From contig CAZJZM010000002.1 of NCBI GenBank assembly GCA_964550485.1, positions 1-42,003 of the forward strand: 42,003 nt of DNA, written 5' to 3'. Positions within the stretch are counted from its first letter, which is position 1. Each line of letters starts with the position of its first letter. Below the pieces are notes generated by a model. The model did no database searches. It was not told the origin of the DNA and was given only the letters and a program-made list of their open reading frames with translations. Of this stretch, positions 18,577-25,780 are shown in pieces. The DNA is from Candidatus Micrarchaeota archaeon (GTDB lineage: Archaea > Micrarchaeota > Micrarchaeia > Micrarchaeales > CABMGC01). The position numbers and the translations under genes were made by a program.

Positions 18577-18939
18577 TTGCCATACGCCGACACAGATTTC
18601 TTCATTGCGCTAATGCACGAAGGCGACAGACTAAACTCTTCTGCAAAAGAGACATACAACCTATACAAGGGAAGCATCTCAACGTCTCTGGCAGTTATAA
18701 TAGAGATGCTGCTCATAGGAAAAAGATTTGAAGTGCCACCTGAAACTCTGATCAGACATATTCTTTCAATAGCAACGGTTGATAATTATGATAACCCCAC
18801 AATTATGCTAGCCGTTCACTATATTGTTGAAAACAAGCTATCTATATTTGATGCTTTTCATGCGGCCTTATGTAGAGGAAAGATAATTAGTTCTGACCAC
18901 GTATACGATAGGCTTGGGATAGACCGAATAAAGTTATAA
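18577..18939 (+). CDS. vapC: PIN-domain ribonuclease toxin (VapC-like)
   Basis: TTG start. N-terminal acidic motif YADTDFFIAL and C-terminal FDAFHAA. 120 aa. Confidence 0.65.
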   Translation: MPYADTDFFIALMHEGDRLNSSAKETYNLYKGSISTSLAVIIEMLLIGKRFEVPPETLIRHILSIATVDNYDNPTIMLAVHYIVENKLSIFDAFHAALCRGKIISSDHVYDRLGIDRIKL

Positions 18940-18987
18940 AGTCATGTTTAGCAGAAAGCTAAAAAGAATTGAAGATAACAGTTGGAA

Positions 18988-19596
18988 TCAGACAAAGCTG
19001 AGTTTTCCCTTTGTCTTTACAAATTCCTCATTCTTCAGCGTGCTCACCAGCTCGCCGGGCCTGTAGATCCTGTTCTCCAAAAGAAGGCTGTAGGGCTTGC
19101 CCGTCAGGAGGTCTATTGCCAGATGCCTTGTCCGGTCTCCGAACAAGTCAACCTCGACCAGCTCGCATCTCGCCGCCTTCCTAAGCAATTTAATTGAATG
19201 GACAAGCTCGCTGTAGTTGTTCTGCAGTCCTATCGCGCGCATCTCAAAGTGAGCCTTTCTCATAGACCTGACGAATTTCTTCACCTTGGCCCGCTCCCTG
19301 CCAATGAGAGGCTCGGTAAGCCTAATGGCCACTATTCCCTTTGAATTGAGATCGTAAAAGGAGACAAAAAGGTCAAAGACTATTGATTTGGCGATCAGGT
19401 ACCTCGCTTTCGGGTTCCATTGGTGAAAGAGGGCCTTTCCAGGATCCAGCTCCACGCTCCTTTCCCGGCATCTTGCCAATGAGGCATTCGGCCTCGCCCC
19501 AGTATTAAGCCAGAGCAGCTGGCCGCCGAAACCTTCTTCCCCTTCCTTTTTCTCGTAAGCCCTCCAGAAATCCATGTCTTCTACAAGCGTCTGCAA
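18988..19596 (-). CDS. hypothetical protein
   Basis: 202-aa ORF (TTG 19596, or ATG 19575). No confident family. The C-terminal stretch IGLQNN...VEVDLFGDRTRHLAIDLLTGK only weakly recalls CheD-type deamidases. Its 3' end carries repeat copy B. Confidence 0.5.
   Translation of the reverse strand: MQTLVEDMDFWRAYEKKEGEEGFGGQLLWLNTGARPNASLARCRERSVELDPGKALFHQWNPKARYLIAKSIVFDLFVSFYDLNSKGIVAIRLTEPLIGRERAKVKKFVRSMRKAHFEMRAIGLQNNYSELVHSIKLLRKAARCELVEVDLFGDRTRHLAIDLLTGKPYSLLLENRIYRPGELVSTLKNEEFVKTKGKLSFV
18989..19030 (+). repeat. 44-nt hairpin-containing repeat, copy B (overlaps the stop codon of the 18988-19596 gene)
   Basis: gacaaag-ctgagttttcc-ctttgtc, a 7-bp stem. Matches 16610-16653. Confidence 0.7.
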
Positions 19597-19650
19597 ATAT
19601 TTATATATATTGTTAACCCAATCATATTAACACCTAATTTTGGTCTTTAT

Positions 19651-20217
19651 ATGAAGTTAACAATATTAGAGAACACGCCGACTGTCTTCAGGTTCAAACT
19701 TGACAAAGTTAGTACAAATTTTGCCAACGCAGTAAGGAGGATAGCGATCAACAGCGTGCCCACCTTCGCAATAGACACGGTGACATTCTACGAAAATTCG
19801 AGCGCAATCTTCGACGAGTACATAGCCCATAGGATAGGCCTGGTACCCATCATAACTCCAAACGGATATGATTCAAAGGACGAGGTACTCTTCAAGTTGG
19901 AGGCTGAGGGACCCACAACCGTATATTCCAAAAGCCTGGAAAGCAACGACAAGAGCGTGAAGGTCGCAAATCCCAACATCCCGATAATAAAGCTCGCCGC
20001 AGGCCAGACCCTGAGGATAGACGGAAAGGCCGTCATAGGAACGGCGGCAAGGAGTGCTAAGTTCCAGGCAGGTCTGATTACCTACAAGCAGCTGGGAAAC
20101 GACTCCTTTGAGTTCTATGTTGAGACCTTCGGCCAGATGCCCGCTTCGGAGATAATCTCGAAGGCGTTAGGTATAATAACCAATAATATCAAAGAGGTAC
20201 ACAAGGAGCTGAAGTAA
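19651..20217 (+). CDS. rpoD: DNA-directed RNA polymerase subunit D (Rpo3)
   Basis: FANAVRRIAINSVPTFAIDTV....NSS...DE.IAHRIGLVPI motif. 188 aa. Confidence 0.85.
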   Translation: MKLTILENTPTVFRFKLDKVSTNFANAVRRIAINSVPTFAIDTVTFYENSSAIFDEYIAHRIGLVPIITPNGYDSKDEVLFKLEAEGPTTVYSKSLESNDKSVKVANPNIPIIKLAAGQTLRIDGKAVIGTAARSAKFQAGLITYKQLGNDSFEFYVETFGQMPASEIISKALGIITNNIKEVHKELK

Positions 20218-20220
20218 CCC

Positions 20221-20307
20221 GCGGGGGTGGCAGAGCTTGGTCAAATGCGCTGGCTTGAGGTGTCAGTAGCTTTAGTGCTTGCGCGAGTTCAAATCTCGTC
20301 CCCCGCA
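20221..20307 (+). tRNA. tRNA-Leu (anticodon GAG), class II with long variable arm, no intron
   Basis: Hand fold: acceptor GCGGGGG/CCCCCGC, anticodon stem CTGGC/GTCAG, loop TTGAGGT, 16-nt variable arm, T arm GCGAG-TTCAAAT-CTCGT, discriminator A. CCA is not encoded. Confidence 0.85.
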
Positions 20308-20375
20308 TTCTATATTTGCATCAAACCCACAAAGCTAAAAATCCATACTCTCAATAAGGTAGAGAGGAGGATGAA

Positions 20376-22520
20376 TTGGAAGATAACAACCCGGCAATAA
20401 CCACAATGCCGGAACAAGCACCTCCTCCTCCGCCTCCGCCTGCTGTTTCTCCACAACCTGGAACTCCGATTCAAGGGAAGCGCTCTCCGACGATTTCTAT
20501 TGCAAGCGTAGTAGTCATAATACTGGTAATAGGAGCGGCCGCATACTACCTGACTTCTGGTCACTCCTCATCCAACAATGATCTTATTTACGCCCAATTT
20601 CTAAAATCCTACGTCTCGAAAAGCCCACTGAATCTGACCGCTTTCCAGCCCATCTCCACTGAAAAGCTCAAGTCCCTCCCGCAGTTCTATCTCAACTACA
20701 GCGGCAAAATCGTAGTCTCGTCAAATTCAACGCTGCTGGGCGGCCTGACATTAAGCATCCCCTTCACCGCTGGCTATGAGAAATACGACAACGACAGCAG
20801 GGCCACACTGAACCTCAAGGATGTTCCTCTTTTTGGCAACCTCAGTATCATAGCAATCAACTCGAGCAGCGGCATTTACAGCTGTACATCCAACGCCACC
20901 TCGCTCCTTGGCCTCTACACAAGGCCGCCTGGCTATACCTGCACAAAGACTAACACCAGCGAGTTCTCATCTCTCATCAACGCAACAACCTCGTTCTCAA
21001 GCAACATCGTCGTGGATTCACTTTCACTCCAGTCATACCAGAAGCAGAGCTGCCTCCTAACCACAATGACAGGCACAGTCTCCCCAGGATCAAAGCAGCA
21101 CCTCAGCAACATCTCAAGCACTCTCGGAAGCCTGGCCGGCTCTGTATCCACCATAGATATGAATTTCACAGGCTGCTATTCCACTGACTACTATGTACCT
21201 TTCAATCTTTCCGGAGTGGCCTCGAGCTCGAACACGAGCATAACCGTCACATTGCACGAGACAGGAATCGGCACGCAGATAAACCAAACCAAGGTAACCA
21301 CACTTCCAGGTCCGATAGTAAACGCTACGGTAATTCCCACATCAAGTTCCGCACCAAGCTCCACATCAAGCTCCACGCCCATATCCCTTAAAGCCAGTCC
21401 AGGGGGCTGCCAGGTCTACAGGCCGAATGGCCCTGGCTCGACCACATACATCAACACTGAAGGAGTTTGCGACAACGGGTCTCCGCAGTACGTTGCACAG
21501 TTCAACAGGCAGAGCAGCTATGTAAGCACAGCACCTGTTCCTTCCGGTCCTCTTCAAACCATAAGCGTCTGGGTTTATCCTAAACAAACAAATCAATCAA
21601 GCTACGGATCCGGGGTCGGAGGCACAATCTTAGAAAGCAACCAAAACGGCAACTTCTCAGGCTATGCCTTGGGAATCCAAAATTCAGGAAAGGTGTGGTG
21701 GTGGCCTCAACCCGGCCAGGACAGATACAGCACAGGCACAGTTCCGTTAAACACTTGGACCAACATAGTACTGGCCTATAACAAAACAAAAGCCAACATC
21801 TATCTTAACGGCGTTCTGGACAGCTCACAGACAGCTTCCCCTCCTAACCCTGCCTCATTCACAAAAATAGGCGCCAAGTCGTGGATTACAGGGAACTTCT
21901 CCGGTCTGATGGCAAATCTACAGATCTACAACACCACCCTAACATCTCCACAGATAGCGGCCCTTTATAGCGGAGGAATAGGCGCCGATCCGGAATTCTT
22001 GAATAATCTGGTCGGCTGGTGGCCGCTCAACGGCAATGCCAATGACTACTCCGGAAACCTCAACAACGGCCTATCCACTGCCTTATCTTATGTATCAAAC
22101 TACAACTACACAGAAGCTTCCTACGGTGGCGGCTCCACAAACACAGCGTCCGGACCCGCACCTCCTTCTACCAATCTTAACACCTGCATAGCGTCCCCCG
22201 GATTCACCTGTCAGATCGTTTCATACGATTCTCTTTCCAACCAACTGGGTGTCACAATTTACCAGAACTCCGGAACCGAATGGGTAAACGCCACTTTTGT
22301 ATATGTAAACGAACCCCAAGAAGCCAGTGTACTATCTTCAGGCCTATCAGAACAGCTACTGGCTTCACAGCCGATATACAACAAGCTCCCTTCCCTAGCC
22401 AGCGGAACCAAACAGCTATTGCTCTTCTCCGCCTCATCCCCAGGCTACATCTGGGTATCCTACTCTACTGCCTCTTCCGGCGGGTCCACCATCCAAGCGC
22501 AGATAGCTTCAGTATCCTGA
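20376..22520 (+). CDS. membrane-anchored LamG (concanavalin-A-like lectin) domain surface protein
   Basis: TTG start 6 nt after GGAGG. Poly-Pro N-terminus and a single TM helix (ISIASVVVIILVIGAAAYYL). Sequon-rich ectodomain. LamG_3-like block around 21500-21990 (ISVWVYP...WTNIVLAYNKTKANIYLNG...GLMANLQIYNTTLTSPQIAALY). Followed by the LVGWWPLNGNANDYSGN motif. Confidence 0.75.
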   Translation: MEDNNPAITTMPEQAPPPPPPPAVSPQPGTPIQGKRSPTISIASVVVIILVIGAAAYYLTSGHSSSNNDLIYAQFLKSYVSKSPLNLTAFQPISTEKLKSLPQFYLNYSGKIVVSSNSTLLGGLTLSIPFTAGYEKYDNDSRATLNLKDVPLFGNLSIIAINSSSGIYSCTSNATSLLGLYTRPPGYTCTKTNTSEFSSLINATTSFSSNIVVDSLSLQSYQKQSCLLTTMTGTVSPGSKQHLSNISSTLGSLAGSVSTIDMNFTGCYSTDYYVPFNLSGVASSSNTSITVTLHETGIGTQINQTKVTTLPGPIVNATVIPTSSSAPSSTSSSTPISLKASPGGCQVYRPNGPGSTTYINTEGVCDNGSPQYVAQFNRQSSYVSTAPVPSGPLQTISVWVYPKQTNQSSYGSGVGGTILESNQNGNFSGYALGIQNSGKVWWWPQPGQDRYSTGTVPLNTWTNIVLAYNKTKANIYLNGVLDSSQTASPPNPASFTKIGAKSWITGNFSGLMANLQIYNTTLTSPQIAALYSGGIGADPEFLNNLVGWWPLNGNANDYSGNLNNGLSTALSYVSNYNYTEASYGGGSTNTASGPAPPSTNLNTCIASPGFTCQIVSYDSLSNQLGVTIYQNSGTEWVNATFVYVNEPQEASVLSSGLSEQLLASQPIYNKLPSLASGTKQLLLFSASSPGYIWVSYSTASSGGSTIQAQIASVS

Positions 22521-22555
22521 AACTGCCAAAGCCAAAATATAGAGATAGTTTCTTC

Positions 22556-22933
22556 TCACAGCTTTACTATCTTAACCTCCCCCTTCACCGCGTCATTTAC
22601 AATCTCGAAATGATTATCGGTTGTTAAAATACATAGCCCTCTTTCTATGGCCTGCGCATAAATCAATATATCCATAATTTTCACTCTCTTGCCTAATTTA
22701 TCTAAAGCCAAACATATGCTAGCAGCGCGTTTTGAATCCCTAAATGTAAACGGAAGCGGCGTTAACTCCACTAAGAATCTTTCAATGTCCTTGTTCTTAG
22801 ACGAGCCAACAAGCGTTTCAAAGGAACACAAAGAGCTGGTGTAAACTCCATCCGCCTCATTTATCGCATCGAGTATTCTTTCATCTCCCTTAGTATAGTC
22901 AATTATCACTGAGGTGTCCAACAGAAGTTTCAT
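22556..22933 (-). CDS. vapC: PIN-domain ribonuclease toxin VapC
   Basis: MKLLLDTSVIIDY N-terminus and C-terminal ILTTDNHF. 125 aa. Its start overlaps the antitoxin stop (ATGA). Confidence 0.8.
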   Translation of the reverse strand: MKLLLDTSVIIDYTKGDERILDAINEADGVYTSSLCSFETLVGSSKNKDIERFLVELTPLPFTFRDSKRAASICLALDKLGKRVKIMDILIYAQAIERGLCILTTDNHFEIVNDAVKGEVKIVKL

Positions 22934-23151
22934 AATGGCCTAACCTCTAACTCACTTCTAATCTTGGCGGCCTTAGCCTTCATCGTCTTCGCATCCTCAT
23001 CTTTTACAATACCGAAATACCTTCTAAGCCTGGCCTGTTTTACGGCCTTTGACTCTTCGACAAGTTCCTCGAGAACTTCACTAAAACTCCTCTTCTTTTT
23101 CAAAACAGCCAACTTCCTATACACCGTATCCTGTATCATTATGGTCTTCAT
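22930..23151 (-). CDS. vapB: antitoxin VapB (small archaeal antitoxin family)
   Basis: 73 aa. MKTIMIQDTVYRKLAVLKKKRSFSEVLEELV is typical of archaeal VapB-type antitoxins. Translationally coupled to vapC. Confidence 0.7.
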   Translation of the reverse strand: MKTIMIQDTVYRKLAVLKKKRSFSEVLEELVEESKAVKQARLRRYFGIVKDEDAKTMKAKAAKIRSELEVRPL

Positions 23152-23156
23152 GTAAT

Positions 23157-23180
23157 CTGTATGCTACATACAGCATACAG
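23157..23180. promoter_or_regulatory. inverted repeat (probable VapB operator) between a TATA-like box and the vapB start
   Basis: CTGTATGCT-ACATAC-AGCATACAG, perfect 9-bp arms. It begins 6 nt upstream of the vapB ATG (23151). The TATA-like ttataaat lies at 23181-23190. Confidence 0.5.
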
Positions 23181-23433
23181 ATATTTATAACTTTCGCCAT
23201 TTTGGAAATGCCCAGATCAAATACTCAGATACATAATAGCCAATGCCAAAGCACTGTAAAAATCGCGTAGAAGAAAAAGACCCCAAATACCAACATTAAT
23301 GGGTCGAAAGGCCGATTCTAAACATATATAAGTTTATCTTGCCTAATAATTTAACAGTGAATGCTAAGATATTATAACGTTAGAGAATCTTTTCTAAAAG
23401 AGACAACAAAATTTCCGCATTCAGGTGTTTCAA

Positions 23434-23781
23434 ATGAGTACAATGGAAAAGCACAACGTAAAGGAATGGATAGGAGTCCTTGAAAAGTCCGATCCGAAAT
23501 CCAAGAGCTCAAAGGTAGCAAAGCGCATACTCAAACTCACATCCCTTCCAAAAAGAAGGAGGGTGACGGTAAATCTCGAGAAGCTCAACATGTACGCCAA
23601 GGCAGACGAGAACATAATAGTTCCAGGAAAGATCCTTGGCAAGGGAACAGTGGACAAGGCCTTCCATTTGGCTGCTGTCGACTGGTCTGACAGCTCGGAG
23701 AAGAAGCTCAAGCACGCGGGCTGCAAGTTGGTCAGCCTCGAGGAAATGCTCAAGCGTGAGAACATCAGGGTAATAATCTAG
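23434..23781 (+). CDS. rpl18e: 50S ribosomal protein L18e
   Basis: KRRRVTVNL.KL......ENIIVPGKILG.G....AFHLAA...S..A..K...AG pattern. Position upstream of L13. An ATG at 23434 is preferred over GTG 23425. Confidence 0.8.
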   Translation: MSTMEKHNVKEWIGVLEKSDPKSKSSKVAKRILKLTSLPKRRRVTVNLEKLNMYAKADENIIVPGKILGKGTVDKAFHLAAVDWSDSSEKKLKHAGCKLVSLEEMLKRENIRVII

Positions 23782-23788
23782 TGGTATA

Positions 23789-24217
23789 ATGCGCTATATA
23801 GTCAACGGAGAAGAGCTCGTCCTGGGAAGGCTTTCGTCCAGCGTGGCAAAGCTGCTCATACAGGGCAACGAGGTATTCCTAATAAATGCGGAGAAGATAA
23901 GGATAACAGGGCACGTTCCAGATCTTGTGGCAAAATACAAGAGAAGGATAGAGCTGAGGGACAAGGCGAACCCGGAGCACTCGCCGTTCTATTCAAGGAG
24001 GCCGGACCTTTTCGTAAAGAGGGTCATAAGGGGAATGCTTCCCTACAAGCAGCCCAAGGGCAAGGCGGCCTATAAGCTCCTCAAGGTTTACATCGGACCG
24101 GCGAAAGACATAAAAGACGCAAAAGCCTATGATGTAAAGGCAAAGAAGGCAATGGACACCTTTGAGAATTCTATGACAATCAGTGAGCTCTGCGAGAAAC
24201 TCGGATACAATACATGA
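23789..24217 (+). CDS. rpl13: 50S ribosomal protein L13 (uL13)
   Basis: 142 aa with GRLSSSVAKLL..G..V...NAEKI.ITG and the conserved L18e-L13-S9 order. Confidence 0.9.
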   Translation: MRYIVNGEELVLGRLSSSVAKLLIQGNEVFLINAEKIRITGHVPDLVAKYKRRIELRDKANPEHSPFYSRRPDLFVKRVIRGMLPYKQPKGKAAYKLLKVYIGPAKDIKDAKAYDVKAKKAMDTFENSMTISELCEKLGYNT

Positions 24218-24786
24218 TCAACATGGCGGAACAAGAGATAGAAAAGAAAGGCACAGCAGACCTCGAGAAGGAGCTGAGCGAATTCAACGAATCGATGCCG
24301 AGCACCGCGAAGAGGGCGAAGACAACAGGGAAAAAGGCAGCAGCGCTCCCAGGCCAGAAGAAGCCCTCAAAGAAGAGGAAGGTAGTGGTGGTAACAAGGG
24401 GAAAGAGGAAGGCGGCGGTGGCCCGAGCGAGCATGTCATCGGGAACCGGAAGGATAATGATCAACGGCGTAAGCGCACAGCTGATAAAGCCCAAGGAGAT
24501 AAGGGACCTCATCCTGGAGCCCATAATAATCTCGAAGAAGGTCACCGAGCTGATGAAGGATTACGACATCAAGGTAAATATTTACGGAGGAGGGATAATG
24601 GGCCAGGCCCAGGCCGCAAGGACGGCCATCGCAAAGGCGATAGTCGGCACCACCCAGAACGAGGGGCTAAAGAGGGCCTACATGATCTACGACAGGAGCA
24701 TTCTCGTCGAGGACCACAGGAGGATAGAGCCCAAGAAGTTCGGAGGCTACAAGGCGAGGGCAAGGAACCAGACCTCATACAGATGA
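24214..24786 (+). CDS. rps9: 30S ribosomal protein S9 (uS9), with a possible 57-aa Lys-rich N-terminal extension
   Basis: Core [12 protein letters not shown]....G.I.ING through C-terminal [17 protein letters not shown]. The ATG at 24214 overlaps the L13 stop. An alternative GTG at 24385 gives a canonical-length protein. Confidence 0.85.
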   Translation: MINMAEQEIEKKGTADLEKELSEFNESMPSTAKRAKTTGKKAAALPGQKKPSKKRKVVVVTRGKRKAAVARASMSSGTGRIMINGVSAQLIKPKEIRDLILEPIIISKKVTELMKDYDIKVNIYGGGIMGQAQAARTAIAKAIVGTTQNEGLKRAYMIYDRSILVEDHRRIEPKKFGGYKARARNQTSYR

Positions 24787-24796
24787 TGTTGATACT

Positions 24797-24997
24797 ATGA
24801 TGATACCAGTAAGATGCTTCTCATGCGGCCAGGTAATTGCCGACAAATGGGAGGAATACGACAAGAGGATCAACAAGCAGAAGGAGGATCCGAAGAAGGT
24901 CTTGGACGAGCTCGGCGTCAAGCGCTATTGTTGCAGAAGGATGCTCATAGGCCACGTCGACCTGATAGACGAGATAATAAACTACAGCAGGAGATAA
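24797..24997 (+). CDS. rpoN: DNA-directed RNA polymerase subunit N (Rpo10)
   Basis: [12 protein letters not shown]...W..Y.........[17 protein letters not shown]. 66 aa. Confidence 0.9.
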   Translation: MMIPVRCFSCGQVIADKWEEYDKRINKQKEDPKKVLDELGVKRYCCRRMLIGHVDLIDEIINYSRR

Positions 24998-25038
24998 AGC
25001 CAAGGTATAAATAACCTAAAAGAGAAGAATTTTGCCAA

Positions 25039-25129
25039 GGGGTCGTCTGCTAGTCTGGTTAGGCTCTGTCCTTAGGGAGGACATGACCCGAGTTCAAAAG
25101 GCAAATACCTGAAAATCTCGGCGACCCCG
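25039..25129 (+). tRNA. tRNA-Pro-like (apparent anticodon AGG) with a 17-nt intron in the T-loop
   Basis: Hand fold: acceptor GGGGTCG/CGACCCC, D-loop AGTCTGGTTA with a weak D stem, anticodon arm TGTCC-TTAGGGA-GGACA. T stem CCGAG/CTCGG encloses TTCAAA[17 nt]T. Position matches the conserved rpoN-tRNA(Pro) synteny. Confidence 0.65.
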
Positions 25130-25150
25130 ACTGCAATATAATGTGATTGA

Positions 25151-25780
25151 ATGACAGCGACTACAACACCGACTGAAATGCTCATCGACCAGTCATTATA
25201 TCTAGAGGTAGGAATACACATAGGCACGAAGGTGAAGACCCCGGGAATGAAGAGGTTCATCTACAAGGTGAGGGAAGACAGTCTTTATCTATTGGACCTT
25301 GCAACAATTGACCAGAGGATAAAGCTCGCGGCGAAGACGCTCGCAAGGTACAATCCAAAGGAGATAGTGGTAACCGCATCGAGAATTTATTCTGTAGCGG
25401 CGGCGGCAAAGTTCGCAGAGATCACCGGAGCACAGATAATGACAGGAAGGGTGATGCCAGGAATATTCACAAATCCCAACAGGAAGGACTTCATGGAGCC
25501 GGAGGTTCTCCTCATAAGCGACAACAGGAACGAGCGACAGGCGGTAAAGGAGGCAAACAAGACAAACATACCGATAATCGCGCTCTGCGACACTGACAAC
25601 TGGATAAAGTTCGTTGATCTAGTAATACCCTGCAACAACAAGGGGAGGAGGTCGCTAGCGCTCATATACTTCCTCCTGGCCAGGGAGTTCATGAAAGAGA
25701 AAGGTTTAATAAAAGATAATGCTGAGTTTCAGTACAAGATCTCCGACTTCGAGGCGAAGGTGGAGATGAAGGCGAGATGA
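25151..25780 (+). CDS. rps2: 30S ribosomal protein S2 (uS2)
   Basis: LEVGIHIGTK...P.M.RFIY..R.D.LYLLDL..T and IPIIALCDTD motifs. 209 aa. Confidence 0.9.
   Translation: MTATTTPTEMLIDQSLYLEVGIHIGTKVKTPGMKRFIYKVREDSLYLLDLATIDQRIKLAAKTLARYNPKEIVVTASRIYSVAAAAKFAEITGAQIMTGRVMPGIFTNPNRKDFMEPEVLLISDNRNERQAVKEANKTNIPIIALCDTDNWIKFVDLVIPCNNKGRRSLALIYFLLAREFMKEKGLIKDNAEFQYKISDFEAKVEMKAR

Noticed and set aside
18988-19596. Possible CheD-like deamidase assignment for the 202-aa hypothetical protein
   Set aside because: The resemblance is limited to a short C-terminal pattern (DL.G.R....). The catalytic Cys and His context is not convincing and no chemotaxis genes are present, so it is left as hypothetical.
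22521-23433. Search for a direct repeat of the tRNA-Leu 3' half (attR-like) bounding the LamG-VapBC insertion
   Set aside because: Only a weak 11-of-15 match (agatcaaatactcag near 23213) was seen, which is indistinguishable from chance by eye. No integrase is present.
24183-24800. 205-aa plus-strand ORF in an alternative frame across the end of L13 and all of S9
   Set aside because: The product is Arg/Glu/Gly low-complexity sequence. The overlapping frame encodes an unmistakable uS9, so this is a frame shadow of a Lys/Arg-rich gene.
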